The position numbers and the translations under genes were made by a program. Shown piece by piece: positions 13,690 through 25,776 of a DNA stretch of 64,000 nt. The notes under the pieces are model-generated. The model saw only the letters and a program-made list of their open reading frames with translations, was not told the origin of the DNA and searched no databases. Origin of the DNA: Octopus sinensis (taxonomy: Eukaryota); NCBI RefSeq assembly GCF_006345805.1, contig NC_043001.1, positions 8,866,001-8,930,000 on the forward strand, in the 5' to 3' direction. Position 1 is the stretch's first letter, and each line of letters starts with the position of its first letter.

Positions 13690-14130
13690 TCAGCCATCGT
13701 TTTCAATCCGTATATTGTCCCCGTTATTAGGGGTGGCCTGATCTACCTCAGATCCTAACACCCTCTTCAGAACATGTTCCTAATCTCTCCTCAATACATG
13801 CTCATACCACCGCACTCTATTTGCCCTTCCCAGCCGTTCCACTGATTCCTCTAACCCCAGCATCCCCATCAAGACCTCAGTCCTTCACTTATCAAAGAGC
13901 CTCACGCCACACAATTCTCTCACAATTGCTCTCTTAGGCCTTCTCAAAATTGCCATTTTTCTCTCTCACTCTCAAACAACATGTATCGCTCCCATACAGC
14001 ATTGCAGCTCTCACACAACTCCTATAGAGCCTTCCTTTCGTCTCCAACGAGAAGTTTTCACATATAATAACGCTCCATATTCCCTCAACTTCCTCCAGCC
14101 AAGTCTCTCTCTTGCTGTCACAGCTGCTTC
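13690..14130 (-). mobile_element. RTE-clade LINE 3' fragment
   Basis: Translates KGRLYRSCVRAAMLYGS…ELCGVRLFDK…RVRWYEHVLRR, typical of the RTE C-terminus. Confidence 0.8.
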
Positions 14131-14399
14131 GTCTTTTGTTCTTTTATACATTTTAGGTATATGTACATATAAGAACATTATTAATCATAAAAATAGTAAT
14201 GTTGGTGGCCGCAAGCGTAAACAAATGTATAGACAAATGTAATAAACGTATGTAATAAAAGTTATAGTCATATATAAGAGGGAACTAATAATCACCTGCT
14301 TTGCTATAGATGGGAGTCAAAAAATTCCGAAGCCAAATAAGAATCACTAAAGCAATACAGCCTTGGTAGAAAAAAGTAAGTGAATAAGATTTGTATCGC

Positions 14400-14580
14400 T
14401 TCTGTATTTCAGAGATGAGGAATTATGTACATTATTTACATTATTTACATTTAAAGGGATATTTGTCCTCATCCTGTTTGTTGTTAACACAATGTTTCGG
14501 CTGATATACTCTCCAGCTTTCATCAGGTGTCTTGGAGAAATTTCGAACCTGTTTTCTCATTCCTAAGGTATTTTCGATGC
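14400..14580 (-). mobile_element. Hammerhead-SINE copy 1 (headless)
   Basis: Reverse complement of the 17625-17820 body. Confidence 0.85.
14486..14531 (-). ncRNA. Minimal type I hammerhead ribozyme motif
   Basis: gacac CTGATGA a agctg-10nt-cagcc GAAAC ATT gtgtt. Confidence 0.65.
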
Positions 14581-14593
14581 TGTCGTCGTCGTC

Positions 14594-14625
<32 letters not shown>

Positions 14626-14758
14626 TATTATCAGTATTATCATCATTATTATTATTATTGAGTGAGAGGGCAGTGCATGCCATCAAAGTGACACTGGCGT
14701 ACAAATATACGAAGCCCAGTATACCCATCATGCCTACCCGTCTGATAAGGGTACACCC

Positions 14759-14831
<73 letters not shown>

Positions 14832-14834
14832 ATT

Positions 14835-17319
14835 GTCTTTGCACATCTTCTAACGCTGGATACACTACAGTGTCAGCTGTTCACTACCAGTGAACTAAGG
14901 CAACACCTCTTATTTTTCGAGCACCTTCCGGACTATTCCAACGGTTCCAAGCAGTGCTGTTCTTTGCAAGTGCTACACCCTTATTCCAGCCCCTATTTGT
15001 TCCACGTACGTCTCGAGATTTTTGCTCACTGTTCCCAGGGCTCCGAAAATTATTGGTACGACTGCTACCTTTTTCATCGACCACAACAGCTTAACTTCCC
15101 AAGCTAACCTGTCATATATCTCGACTTTTCTTACTTCCTTATCGCATACCTTGTTATCAGCTGGGCATGCTAAATCTATAATTCAGCATAGTTTACTTTC
15201 TTTCTCAATTAAGAATTCCTTTGTCCGGCTTCCTATTCTCTCTCTTGGTCGCACTGAATCATAAAATCCCATAGGATCTTTGCATTTCTATTTTCAATGA
15301 TGCCTTCAGGTTTGTGGTCATACCAATTTTTTTAGTCTGTGAAGTCCATTCATGTTGCAAAGTGTCCGATGGTCAATCCTGGCTATATTGTTGTGTAGTC
15401 TCTTATATCCCTTCTGGGCTAGAGGCGTACACTGGCTGGCAATTTGTCATACAGTTTCACCGTTTTGTTCACAGATTCTGCACTTATAACATTCTGCTAT
15501 GTTTTCTATTCTGTATTTTGTGCAGTTTGTTCTTAGTGCTTGCTTTTGGGCAGCACAGATTAGAGCCTCCTTTTCCAGTTTTAAATCACTTTTAGTCAAT
15601 CACAGCCATCTTTTGTCTCTGTCTGTCTTATTTTCAACATCTATATGAAATTGACCTTGCATTCTTTTCTTTACCCACCTATTTTCAGTTTCATTCGTTT
15701 CAATTTCTTGTATAGTGTTTTATCTTTGCAATCTTTCATCCTACGCAAGCCTGACCTTCTTACCCCCAATAATAGCGGTTCTGTGACATTTTTTACATAC
15801 CATGCTATGTTGTTTTCTTCTTCTCTAATGCTGTGTTCGCGTACAATAAGTCCTCTTCCTCCTGTTTTTTTCGTACATACAGTCTGTCCTGTGTCACTTG
15901 TTGGGTGGAGTGTACAATATCTAGTTAGCAACTTCCTTGTCTTTCTCTCTAAGCTGTTTAGTGCGTCTAGTGTCCATACGATTACCCCTGCTCCATATCT
16001 AAGGAGTGAAACTGCCCAGGTCTTGATAGCTTCGATCGTATTTCGTCCGTTTAGTTCTACTTGAGAATCAGTTTCAGTTTGCGCAAGTTCCCAACTGTAA
16101 ATTTTCCTGTCCTTTCTTTCTCAATTTATCCATTTCCAAAATCCCCAAGTTCTTATAGTTCGTCACTTCTATCTGCTTCACAACCTCCCCCAAACATTTA
16201 TTTTGCCTCTCTTCAATACTTTCTCAGCCCGAACTCCATTCTGATATCAGCACTGAAGGTATACACCGAATGAACAAGGGAACTGACTTGGGCTTCATCC
16301 TTACCATAATGTTTGAGGTCATCCATGAATAAGAAATGGTTGACTTTTTGTTGGTGGCTTTTGAATACATACCCATACGTTTGCTTTCCTCGGAATCAGT
16401 GTTAGTGGTATCAAGCGCTGTAAAAATATCAGTAGGTAAATGCAGTCACCTTGGACGATGCTCCTCTTAATTTCTCATGTCCATAAACTTCTTCCGTATG
16501 CTGTCATGGCCCTCCTCCAATTCGCCAGAAATCACTCATAATTTGATGTAATACCAAATAGGTTCATATACTCCATAATCCAAGAATGTGGGATCATATC
16601 GTACACATTATGATAGTAAATCCATGACAAGGCTAAGTTACTTTTCCTATTCTTGCAGTCTCTGAGTACAGTTTTGTCTATCAGGAGTGGATCCTTGGTT
16701 CCTCTACACTTACGCTTGCAACCTTTCTTCTCAGGACTCCATTTTTTGTAGATGTTCGTACATTGACTCTGCGAGTATTCCAGTCAATAATTTCCCCATA
16801 AGTGGCAAACAGGATATCAGCCTGTAATTGTCTACCGTATTGCCTTTTCGGTGTTTTTCGGGCACAGCACTGTCCTACCAAATGTCAACCACTCTGGTGT
16901 TACTTGGTCGGCATTTAACAAGGTGCAGCTATTCGTGCATGACATTCACCAAATCTTTTGATCCAGTAGCCTTGAACTCTATTTGGTCCCGGGGCTTTTC
17001 AGTTGCCTATTTATTTGCTGATTTCCTTCACTTCCCTAACTGAAATGACTAGTTCTGCCTGTTTTGGACAGACTACTCTTTCTTTCTTTCTTGCAACCAT
17101 TCAGCATCCTTCTTGTGTTCCTTGTCATTGCTCCAGATGTCATTCCAAAACCTTTGACTTTCAATGTTATCTGGTATTAAATTTTCATCGGTACATCCTC
17201 CATTTAATTATTTATAGAATCTCTTCTGATCTATTCTGAATAACCCAAACTGGTGGTAACACATCGTTCTTTGGTCGTATCTTACCATCTTTGCTTTCTT
17301 TGCAAAGATGCGCTGTCGT
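14835..17319 (-). mobile_element. R4/Dong-clade RLE non-LTR retrotransposon, degenerate, in (AAT)n
   Basis: RT motif NHFLFMDDLK near 16320-16345, GGRGL motif, zinc knuckle and RLE remnants, LLGT near the 3' end. (AAT)n on both sides. Confidence 0.85.
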
Positions 17320-17338
17320 GATTATTATTATTATTATT

Positions 17339-17412
<74 letters not shown>

Positions 17413-17450
17413 CATCATCATCATCATCATTATTATTATAATTATTATTA

Positions 17451-17484
<34 letters not shown>

Positions 17485-17489
17485 GACCG

Positions 17490-17561
17490 TGGGCATATGG
17501 CGTAGTGGTTAAGAGCGCGGGCTGCCAAGATTCCAAGTTCGATTTCAGGCAGTGACTTGAA

Positions 17562-17621
<60 letters not shown>

Positions 17622-17820
17622 TATAAACATCGAAAAATACCTTAGCAATGGGAACCCACGTTCGAAATTTCCCCAAGATGTTTGATGAAGGCTGGAAGAT
17701 ATATCAGCCGAAACGTTATGTTAACAACAAACAAGATGAAGACAAATATCGGTCAAATATAAATAACATAAATAATGTAAATAATGTACTTAATTCCTCA
17801 TCTCTTAAATATAGAACTGA
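17490..17820 (+). mobile_element. Hammerhead-SINE copy 2 (tRNA head, (AAT)n, hammerhead tail)
   Basis: A box TGGCGTAGTGG, B box GTTCGATTTC, (AAT)n, then a body containing the hammerhead. Confidence 0.85.
17677..17722 (+). ncRNA. Minimal type I hammerhead ribozyme motif
   Basis: gatgt TTGATGA a GGCTG-10nt-CAGCC GAAAC GTT atgtt. Perfect stem II, palindromic AACGTT stem III, C3 changed to U. Confidence 0.65.
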
Positions 17821-17992
17821 AACAGTAAAAGGTTGTCTTTAAAGTACTTCGAGTTTCGAATGTCGGAGCGAAGAGCTACGATACATTTCCGTCGGATACA
17901 ATGACAAGTTTCTACTGTTTGCTCTGATTTATAGCATATATAAATAATCCCCTCTATCTGTCTAATGGCGAGGTCTCATTCTTTCGTTAATA

Positions 17993-18027
<35 letters not shown>

Positions 18028-18155
18028 TATTATTATTATTATTATTATTATTAGTAGTAGTATTTTTATTATTATTTTTATTATTATTATTATTGTTATT
18101 ATTATTATTATTATTTTTATTTTTATTATCATCATCATCATCATTATTATTATTT

Positions 18156-18186
<31 letters not shown>

Positions 18187-18420
18187 TATTATTATTATGT
18201 ATACGTAAAATGTAAATCATGTAAATAATGTAGGAGTTGTATCTTTCCTCCGCAAATGAAGCAGTTAATCTGATAACATGAATTCAAATCTAGAGAGCCG
18301 AATCAGCTGCCTATTAGTACCCTCTGATACATATATATGTATGTATGCATGTATGTATTTATCTATGTAAGTATGTATGTATGTATGTATGTATAGATTC
18401 AGCTGGGACTTCGTTGATTA

Positions 18421-18722
18421 TGGCGTCGTGAGTTTCAGTTGATCCGATCAACAGAACAGCTTACTCGCAATTAAAGTGCAACTGACCGAACACACCACAC
18501 AAAACCGCACCCTGAACGTCGTTCTCAGGGCGATTCACCGTAACGTCGTCGAGCATGACAAGGCCGTTCCCCATTGCATTGCAAGTATAATGCATTGTTG
18601 CCAGGTGAGTGGATATAAGCAGCGTGGAAAAAAGCGTCGCGCGCAAGTACGCAATCTGCAACCGTTATTCGGACTCAGGCTTCTACAACACCACAAATAA
18701 CGTAACTTCTAAGCCATGCGCA
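18421..18722 (-). mobile_element. tRNA SINE with family-B tail, degenerate
   Basis: cagttgatccgatcaac...gttctc...ggagattca tail. Confidence 0.65.
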
Positions 18723-18741
18723 TTCACGAGCCAATGTATCA

Positions 18742-18839
<98 letters not shown>

Positions 18840-18961
18840 CGTGTGTGTCTGTGTGTATGTGTGTGTGTGTGTGCGTGTAAATTGTCACACATGAACGCAT
18901 GTGCTTGCAAAATAGTTCAATGTACCTACCTACCCGCAGCCACAGACACCCAAACTCAAAC

Positions 18962-19062
18962 ATATTCATCGAACAGGGTGTTCAAAGCGTCTCTCAGTAG
19001 GGAATTTTTCGGGAAACAAGTAAAGTATCAGTTTACAAGAATCGCCCAAATCTATTAATGAG
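18962..19062 (-). pseudogene. GREB1-like exon with frameshift (SLIDLGDSCKL / YFTCFPKNSLLRDALNTLFDEY)
   Basis: aattttag| acceptor. The two frames together align to DLGSFEKVDFLICIPP (recalled). Donor gtttga is weak. Confidence 0.55.
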
Positions 19063-19170
19063 CTAAAATTCGCAATCATAACCTACTTGCGATCCATACC
19101 GCGTCAGACTCCCCGAGACGTATTTCAACACATGTGTAGAAGAGTCAACTTATATATTTAAAATTAAGAC

Positions 19171-19402
19171 AGGCGGCGAGCTTGTAGAAACGTTAGCGAG
19201 CCGGGCGAAATTCGTAGCAGTATTTCGTCTGTCGTTACGTTCCGAGTTCAAATTCCGCCGAGGTCGACTTTGCCTTTCATCCTTTCGGGGTCGATAAATT
19301 AAGTACCAGTTACGCACTGGGGTCGATGTAATCGACTTAATCCCTTTGTCTGTCCTTGTTTGTCCCCTCTATGTTTAGCCCGTTGTGGGTAGTAAAGAAA
19401 TA
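19171..19402 (+). mobile_element. SINE family A with TSD
   Basis: Full consensus; tatatatttaaaat flanks both sides. Confidence 0.9.
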
Positions 19403-20057
19403 TATATATATTTAAAATGAAGGATGACACTTTCAACACCTCTGATAAAGTTTTTTAACGTCTTGTAAAGTCCAATATATCTTTTTCCTAGACTTATATC
19501 ATTTTATAAATATTTATTTTGCCATAACATGCTTATAGTGGAAAGACTTTATGAACACCTTGTATAAACCAATATTGCCTATTCTTAGTGTTCGCTTATC
19601 GTTCTTCCTAACCGAAGATACCGTGAATGAGTTTTGTCGCAGACGAACACTCTCAATGAAAAAAAGCTATTCTTTTGTTTCAGACATAATTTTATCTAGA
19701 ATTTTCTGTGAATACGCTAACACGTTTCTGCATAGGATACCAAATAAATTGTTTATCTTTTCAATTATATTAATGGAATATATTGTATTTCCGAAGTAAA
19801 CAATTTATTATTACTGTCAAATTTTTAGTTGATAAGTTTTAAAAATTGCTAAAGGCTAGAGTGGCAAATTAACAATGTATTGCAAAGAGGAAAGTGTATC
19901 GTTGCATTTAATGTCTCTGTTAGATTATTTTAGAGACGATGGTCAAAGCTACGCGAGAGTAACACGTCTGAATTTTAGTTCAAATTCTGACGGTGAGGAA
20001 ATTGCCATCCAGTGTTTCACCAGTTATGAGAAGGTTGTGTGATGGTATTTAAACCTG

Positions 20058-20525
20058 AAGGCGGCTAGCTGGCAGAAACGTTAGCGCACCGGGCGAAATG
20101 CGTAGCCGTATTTCGTCTGAGTTCAAATTCCGCCGAGGTCGACTTTGCCTTTCATCCTTTCGGGGGCCATAAATTAAAGCACCAGTTACGCACTGGGGTC
20201 GATGTAATTGACTTAATACCTATGTCTGTCCTTGTTTGTCCCCTCTATGTTTAGCCCCTTGTGGGTAATAAAGAAATAGGTATTTAAGCCTGAAGGCGGC
20301 TAGCTGGCAGAAACGTTAGCGCACCGGGCGAAATGCGTAGTCGTATTTCGTCTGCCGTTACGTTCTGAGTTCAAATTCCGCCGAGGTCGACTTTGCCTTT
20401 CATCCTTTCGGGGTCGATAAATTTAGTACCAGTTACGCACTGGGGTCGACGTAATCGGCTTAATCCGTTTGTCTGTCCTTGTTTGTGTCCTCTGTTTAGC
20501 CCCTTGTGGGTAATAAAGAAACAGG
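20058..20525 (+). mobile_element. Two tandem full-length SINE family A copies
   Basis: Separated and flanked by three copies of ggtatttaaacctgaag. Confidence 0.9.
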
Positions 20526-21049
20526 AATTTAAACCTGAAGTTGCATGCTTGATAACAGCTGTCTTAATTTGAGCAGGGTTTCGTGTGAAGGTTCTACACA
20601 GAATATCTGTGGGAAGGATTATTTTTTCACGAATTCTAGTAGTGAATACCTTTCATACTTTAATGTTCAAGAGTTAGATATGAATGTACACCTCTTCAAT
20701 TTAATCCATGTTGCCTTTTATGGATATATATGATAGCTGTGTGAGTGCGTGTGTGACTCTGTGTGTATGTGTGCACATATGTGTGCGTATTACGTATGTA
20801 ATTAAAACGAGAGACGATAACGGAATAAATTAACCTATGAAATTTGTGACCTTACAGCTGTTTCTGGTAAGAGGTGTGACTGAGTCATTCCCGTCTACTT
20901 CATGATATAGCAGAATCAGTTGTGAGCTAATGGAGTTCATAATATAATTGTTTATTCCTTTGCGTTCTCATTTTCATTTTATCAGTAGCAGACAAACGCA
21001 TCGTTCTGAATCGCTGTATATTGAGTTCTACACTGGCTTCTTAATATCG

Positions 21050-21206
21050 CAATGTCTGTCTGGGTGGTAAGTACCATCCTTAGTAACCACAGGGTTTCTG
21101 GTTCTGTCCCACTGCGTGGCAACATGAGCAAGCGTCTTCTAAAATAGCCTCGGGCCGAGGCTATTGTGAATGGATTTGGTAGACAGAAAATGGAAGAAGC
21201 CCGTCG

Positions 21207-21247
<41 letters not shown>

Positions 21248-21415
21248 ACCTGTGATTGAGTGTGTGTGTGTATGTGTGTGTATTTTTGAGTCAGTGTTTG
21301 CCCAACCCACCCCACCACCCTCCCACCACCACCCCACCACTACTACCATCGTTTGACAACCAATGTAGATGTTCCAGCATGACCGCAGTCAGATGACTGA
21401 AACAAATAAAAGAGG
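21050..21415 (+). mobile_element. SINE family C
   Basis: ggatttggtagac..gaagcccgtcg followed by (TA)(TG)n and tail. Confidence 0.75.
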
Positions 21416-21621
21416 ATATATATATGTTTCTGAATTCGACCATTTTTAAGGAACCACCAAATACAGGACAAAAACACTTACAATGAAATTTGGATGGATA
21501 TTCATGATATAATGGCTCATTGAAATATTGAAGTTAAATTTCAACTGTTTCAATTATTTTGACCAACCCCTGAATTTACATATGTATTACGCACACACAT
21601 TTATATATATGTACTTATATA

Positions 21622-21660
<39 letters not shown>

Positions 21661-21662
<2 letters not shown>

Positions 21663-22641
21663 ATTTCCCCCTCTACCAATTTAGGGACGATACAACCTCG
21701 AGACAACGAATAAGTAAAGAAACTCTCTTTATTACGAAATACAGGCCACTTCTTAACGGGTCTACGACAAACGATTAATTTAGGGACGATACAACCTCGA
21801 GACAACGAATAAGTAAAGAAACTCTCTTTATTACAAAATACAGGCCACTTCTTAACGGGTCTACGACAAACGATTAATATACCTCAACTTTAGAATAAAA
21901 GATATACACACACAAATATTACATTCCAAAGAATCCATTACTAATCAGCCCCAATCACAGTTATAATCCATAACATGCCAACTTCAAGTCATACAACACC
22001 TCACTACTTTCACCCATTCATATTCTCCCTTCCCTGTTTTCTTCTTCTTCCTCTTCTTCTTCATCATCATCATTATCATCATCATCGTCGTCATCATCAT
22101 CATCTTCTTCTCCTTCTCCTTCTTCTTCTTCTCCATCATCATCATCATCAACATCGTCATCTTCTTCTTCTTCTTCTTCTCTTCTTCTTCTTCTTCTTCT
22201 TCTCCACCTTCTACCTCTTAACTTTGTCACTAATGCTTTTTAGTATAACACCTACGCAAATTCCATAAACAAGCCTTTCAATAGAAATATTCTCCTGAAT
22301 TGAACTGCGACTGCTAGCCGCCACTGACCATTCAAAATACGACCATCAGGGCACTCCCAGATTTTCCTACCCCCTCTCCTCATCAGCCTTCTTCTTCGTC
22401 TACCCTACCAAGAATTCACAACGACCTCGAACACACAAGTGCAAACAAGGGAGTCAGAGAAAGGCAGAATGCCACTTATATCTGAACACTATACGAATAT
22501 TCCTTTAAAAAAACTTTTCTTCTAATTTTTCTAAATTTAATTATTTAATCGTTACAGTTGAAAAGGTCTCAAAATGACCGAAACCGGTACTGAAATGTTC
22601 TTTATAAAATTATTTTAGCATTTTCTATTTTGACTTGTTTT

Positions 22642-22647
<6 letters not shown>
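21661..22647 (+). mobile_element. Penelope-like element 3' fragment (pLTR) in (TA)n
   Basis: Inverted copy of 24955-25893, with an internal tandem duplication of about 99 bp at 21678-21877. Confidence 0.9.
22552..22595 (+). ncRNA. Penelope minimal hammerhead ribozyme, U3-A8 variant
   Basis: cag TTGAAAA GGTC-tcaaaat-GACC GAAAC cg GTA ctg. ACCGGT palindromic stem III; predicted cut after 22589. Confidence 0.75.
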
Positions 22648-22679
<32 letters not shown>

Positions 22680-22859
22680 TATACATGTATGTGTTTATGT
22701 ATGTATGTATAGAGTGTTTGAAGTGGTGTACAGATATTGTATATTCAGAAAAAGGAATATATATATATATATATATACATATATATATACATATATATGT
22801 GTGTATACACACACTCATATACATATATATTTACATATATGTGTGTGTGTGTAGAGTAC

Positions 22860-23051
22860 CTAACAGTTGATAATGTCCACTTTGCGAAAGCGTGAATATA
22901 GAAAGCAAAACAATGTACAGATGCATTATAATTGTTCTCAAACCGGGAATATGAAAGAAAGTAACCTAAATGTTTCACGGTTGGGTGACCACTTGTCCGA
23001 AACTACGTACACCTACAGTTTCTGCATGAGAAGATAACCAGATATCAATTG
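22860..23051 (-). pseudogene. GREB1-like exon (IDIWLSSHAE... / ...SVHCFAFYIHAFAKWTLSTV), probable frameshift
   Basis: Donor AG|gtactc, phase 2, fits the next exon. Alternative acceptors at 23051 and 22965. Resembles IDILL and SIRPFQLAVAQKLLSHV (recalled). Confidence 0.55.
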
Positions 23052-23739
23052 CTAATTAAAGGAAACACAAGCCAGAAGCTAGTTGAAATAGCTAAAAGAC
23101 ATTTACATATTGTGCATACGTCGGATACATGTTTAAATACGGAAATATTTTATGCCCGAATACTATAACTTAATTCGTAGTTTAATGATTATTGACAATG
23201 CAATAGTTAGCATGTGTTGTATTTATCGACTTCTCATTCATGACATGTTGATATTTAGCTGTTATTTCGAGCTTGAATGATCAACCACGAAGATGCAAAT
23301 ATACTTATTGTCTCGCAGTTACAGTTCTTGATTCTATTGCTATAAAGTGCAAGCACTATCTGTGATTCTTTCGTTTGGTAGTAATCAATATGTTTGATAT
23401 CAAATCCGAGTTCCACCTTCAAGAGTACACACCATGCTTATTAAATGTGCATCCATCTTTTCCAAATCAAATATCGAAACAGTTCGACATCTGTTTCACA
23501 AGGTCAATACTCAGAAGCTCGGGTCCGTGGGTATCACGTTAAGCTACAGATGGGAACGATGATTTCCCTTTGCAAATCCTGATAGGACACAGATAGTGTG
23601 TCAATAGCCAGCTGGAGGAGGTGTCTTCCTGAGGCTACAAGCTACAGTAGCATCGACCCTTAAAGGTTAGCCACATTTAGGTGGCAAATATACTTCACGA
23701 TGTTCTGTTGCTACTGTCTATACTTCGCTCAGAGATTAT

Positions 23740-23772
<33 letters not shown>

Positions 23773-24911
23773 ATGTGTATATAAAGCATCCACTATATGA
23801 AATAAAAAAAGGACACGCTTACGACTTCCAACTTTTACAGCTTTACTCAAAACCAAATACTCAACAAAATATCCGAAATTTCTCCAACCAAATTCTCCAC
23901 CAAACATTTTCTAATATAATTACTTTAGCGTACATGCACACTAACAATCGAAATGTATATTTGTATGTCAGCAAACTGAATGACCCTTTTTTTTTACCCT
24001 TCCCTTCTTTGATTTATCAAATATTTTATTCCCATTTTCACACATGAATATATACAAACATTTCTTTTGAATGCCTCCACTTTAGCATATATCTAGAAAA
24101 GAATTTGAAGAAACTTTAACAGAAAACGAACTCTACCTTCCTAAAAGACGAAGGTTAAAATTTCTGTATACTTACCAAATTGTTTATATAACAATGAACT
24201 CTGAGGCAAAACACACAGATCGACCATCTATACCGAAATACTTTTGTGAACAGGAAGGCACAAGATAAACACTTTTTTATACTTAACAATGCCATGAAAT
24301 GCCTAACTAATAACCACAACCGAACAAATAAAAACAAGAAGTACACTAAATAAGAACAAAAACAGCAGGTAAAGAAATCACCCGCCTATACCCGCCACCT
24401 TCCTATGTTCTTTTCAGGAAAAAATTGACACATCCAATAACTAAGAGCTTAGACACTGGACTTCGTAACTTCGACCTCTACATTGTCAATTCAAAAGGAT
24501 TAAATCCGATAATACCAAAATCGAAAAAAAGAAAAGTACTGTCCCAGCCTGTGTATACCTAACAAAAGACAAACACCTACATACTTGTTTATAAAGTTCT
24601 ACGCACATGTATAAATTCTAAGAACATAGCCAAATGTTTGATCAATAAAAATTTTCTCTGAAACTCCTCGCCATAGCAACCAGCTATATATAAAAAAAAA
24701 TTACAATTATTACCATTCCACTCAAACCCACACACCCACGAAAGATTTTAACTCAACAGGGACTATATAAAAGCAAGACTTACCTCAATGCATCGTGGTC
24801 CCACGATGGTTTAACTGGCCGAAACTTCGAAATCAATGTCAAAAACATTCTTGTTTAAGAATAATAAATTTGTACTTTACAAAGATATAGCGTGACCCAT
24901 CAGATTAGTGC

Positions 24912-24959
<48 letters not shown>

Positions 24960-25004
24960 AACAAGTCAAAAATAGAAAATGCTAAAATAATTTTATAGTG
25001 AACA

Positions 25005-25049
25005 TTTCAGTACCGGTTTCGGTCATTTTGAGACCTTTTCAACTGTAAC
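25005..25049 (-). ncRNA. Penelope minimal hammerhead ribozyme, U3-A8 variant
   Basis: Identical core to 22552-22595. Confidence 0.75.
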
Positions 25050-25776
25050 GATTAAATAATTAAATTTAGAAAAATTAGAAGAAAATTTTTTTTTAAAGGA
25101 ATATTTCTATAGTAGTGTTCAGATTTAAGTGACATTCTGCCTTTCTCTGACTCCCTTGTTTGCACTTGTGTGTTGGAGGTCGTTGTGAGTTCTTGGTAGG
25201 GTAGTAAAGGAAGAAGGCTGGTGAGGAAAGGGGGTGGGAGAATCTGGGAGTGCCCTGATGGTCGTATTTTGAATGGTCAGTGGCGGCTGGCAGTCGCAGT
25301 TCAATTCAGGAGCATATTTATATTGACAGGCTTGTTTATAGAATTTGCGTAGGTGTTATACTAAAAAACATTAGTGACAAAGTTAAGGGGTAGGAGGTGG
25401 AGAAGTAGAAGAATGAGAAGAAGAAGAAGAAGAAGAAGAAGAAGAAGAAGAAGAAGAAGAAGAAGATGGTGATGTTGATGATGATGATGATGAAGAAGAA
25501 GTAGAAAAAGGAGAAGGAGAAGATGACGATGATGGTGATGGTGGTGATGATTATGACGACGATGATGATGATAATGATGATGATGAAGAAGAAGAGGAAG
25601 AAGAAGAAAAAAACAGAGAAGGGAGAATATGAATGGGTTAAAGTAGTGAGGTGTTGTATGACTTGAAGTTGGTATGTTATGGATTATAGCTGTGATTTTA
25701 GCTGTGATTAGTTATGGATTCTTTAGAATGTAATATTTGTGTGTGAATATTTCTTTTATTCTAAAGTTGAGGTATA

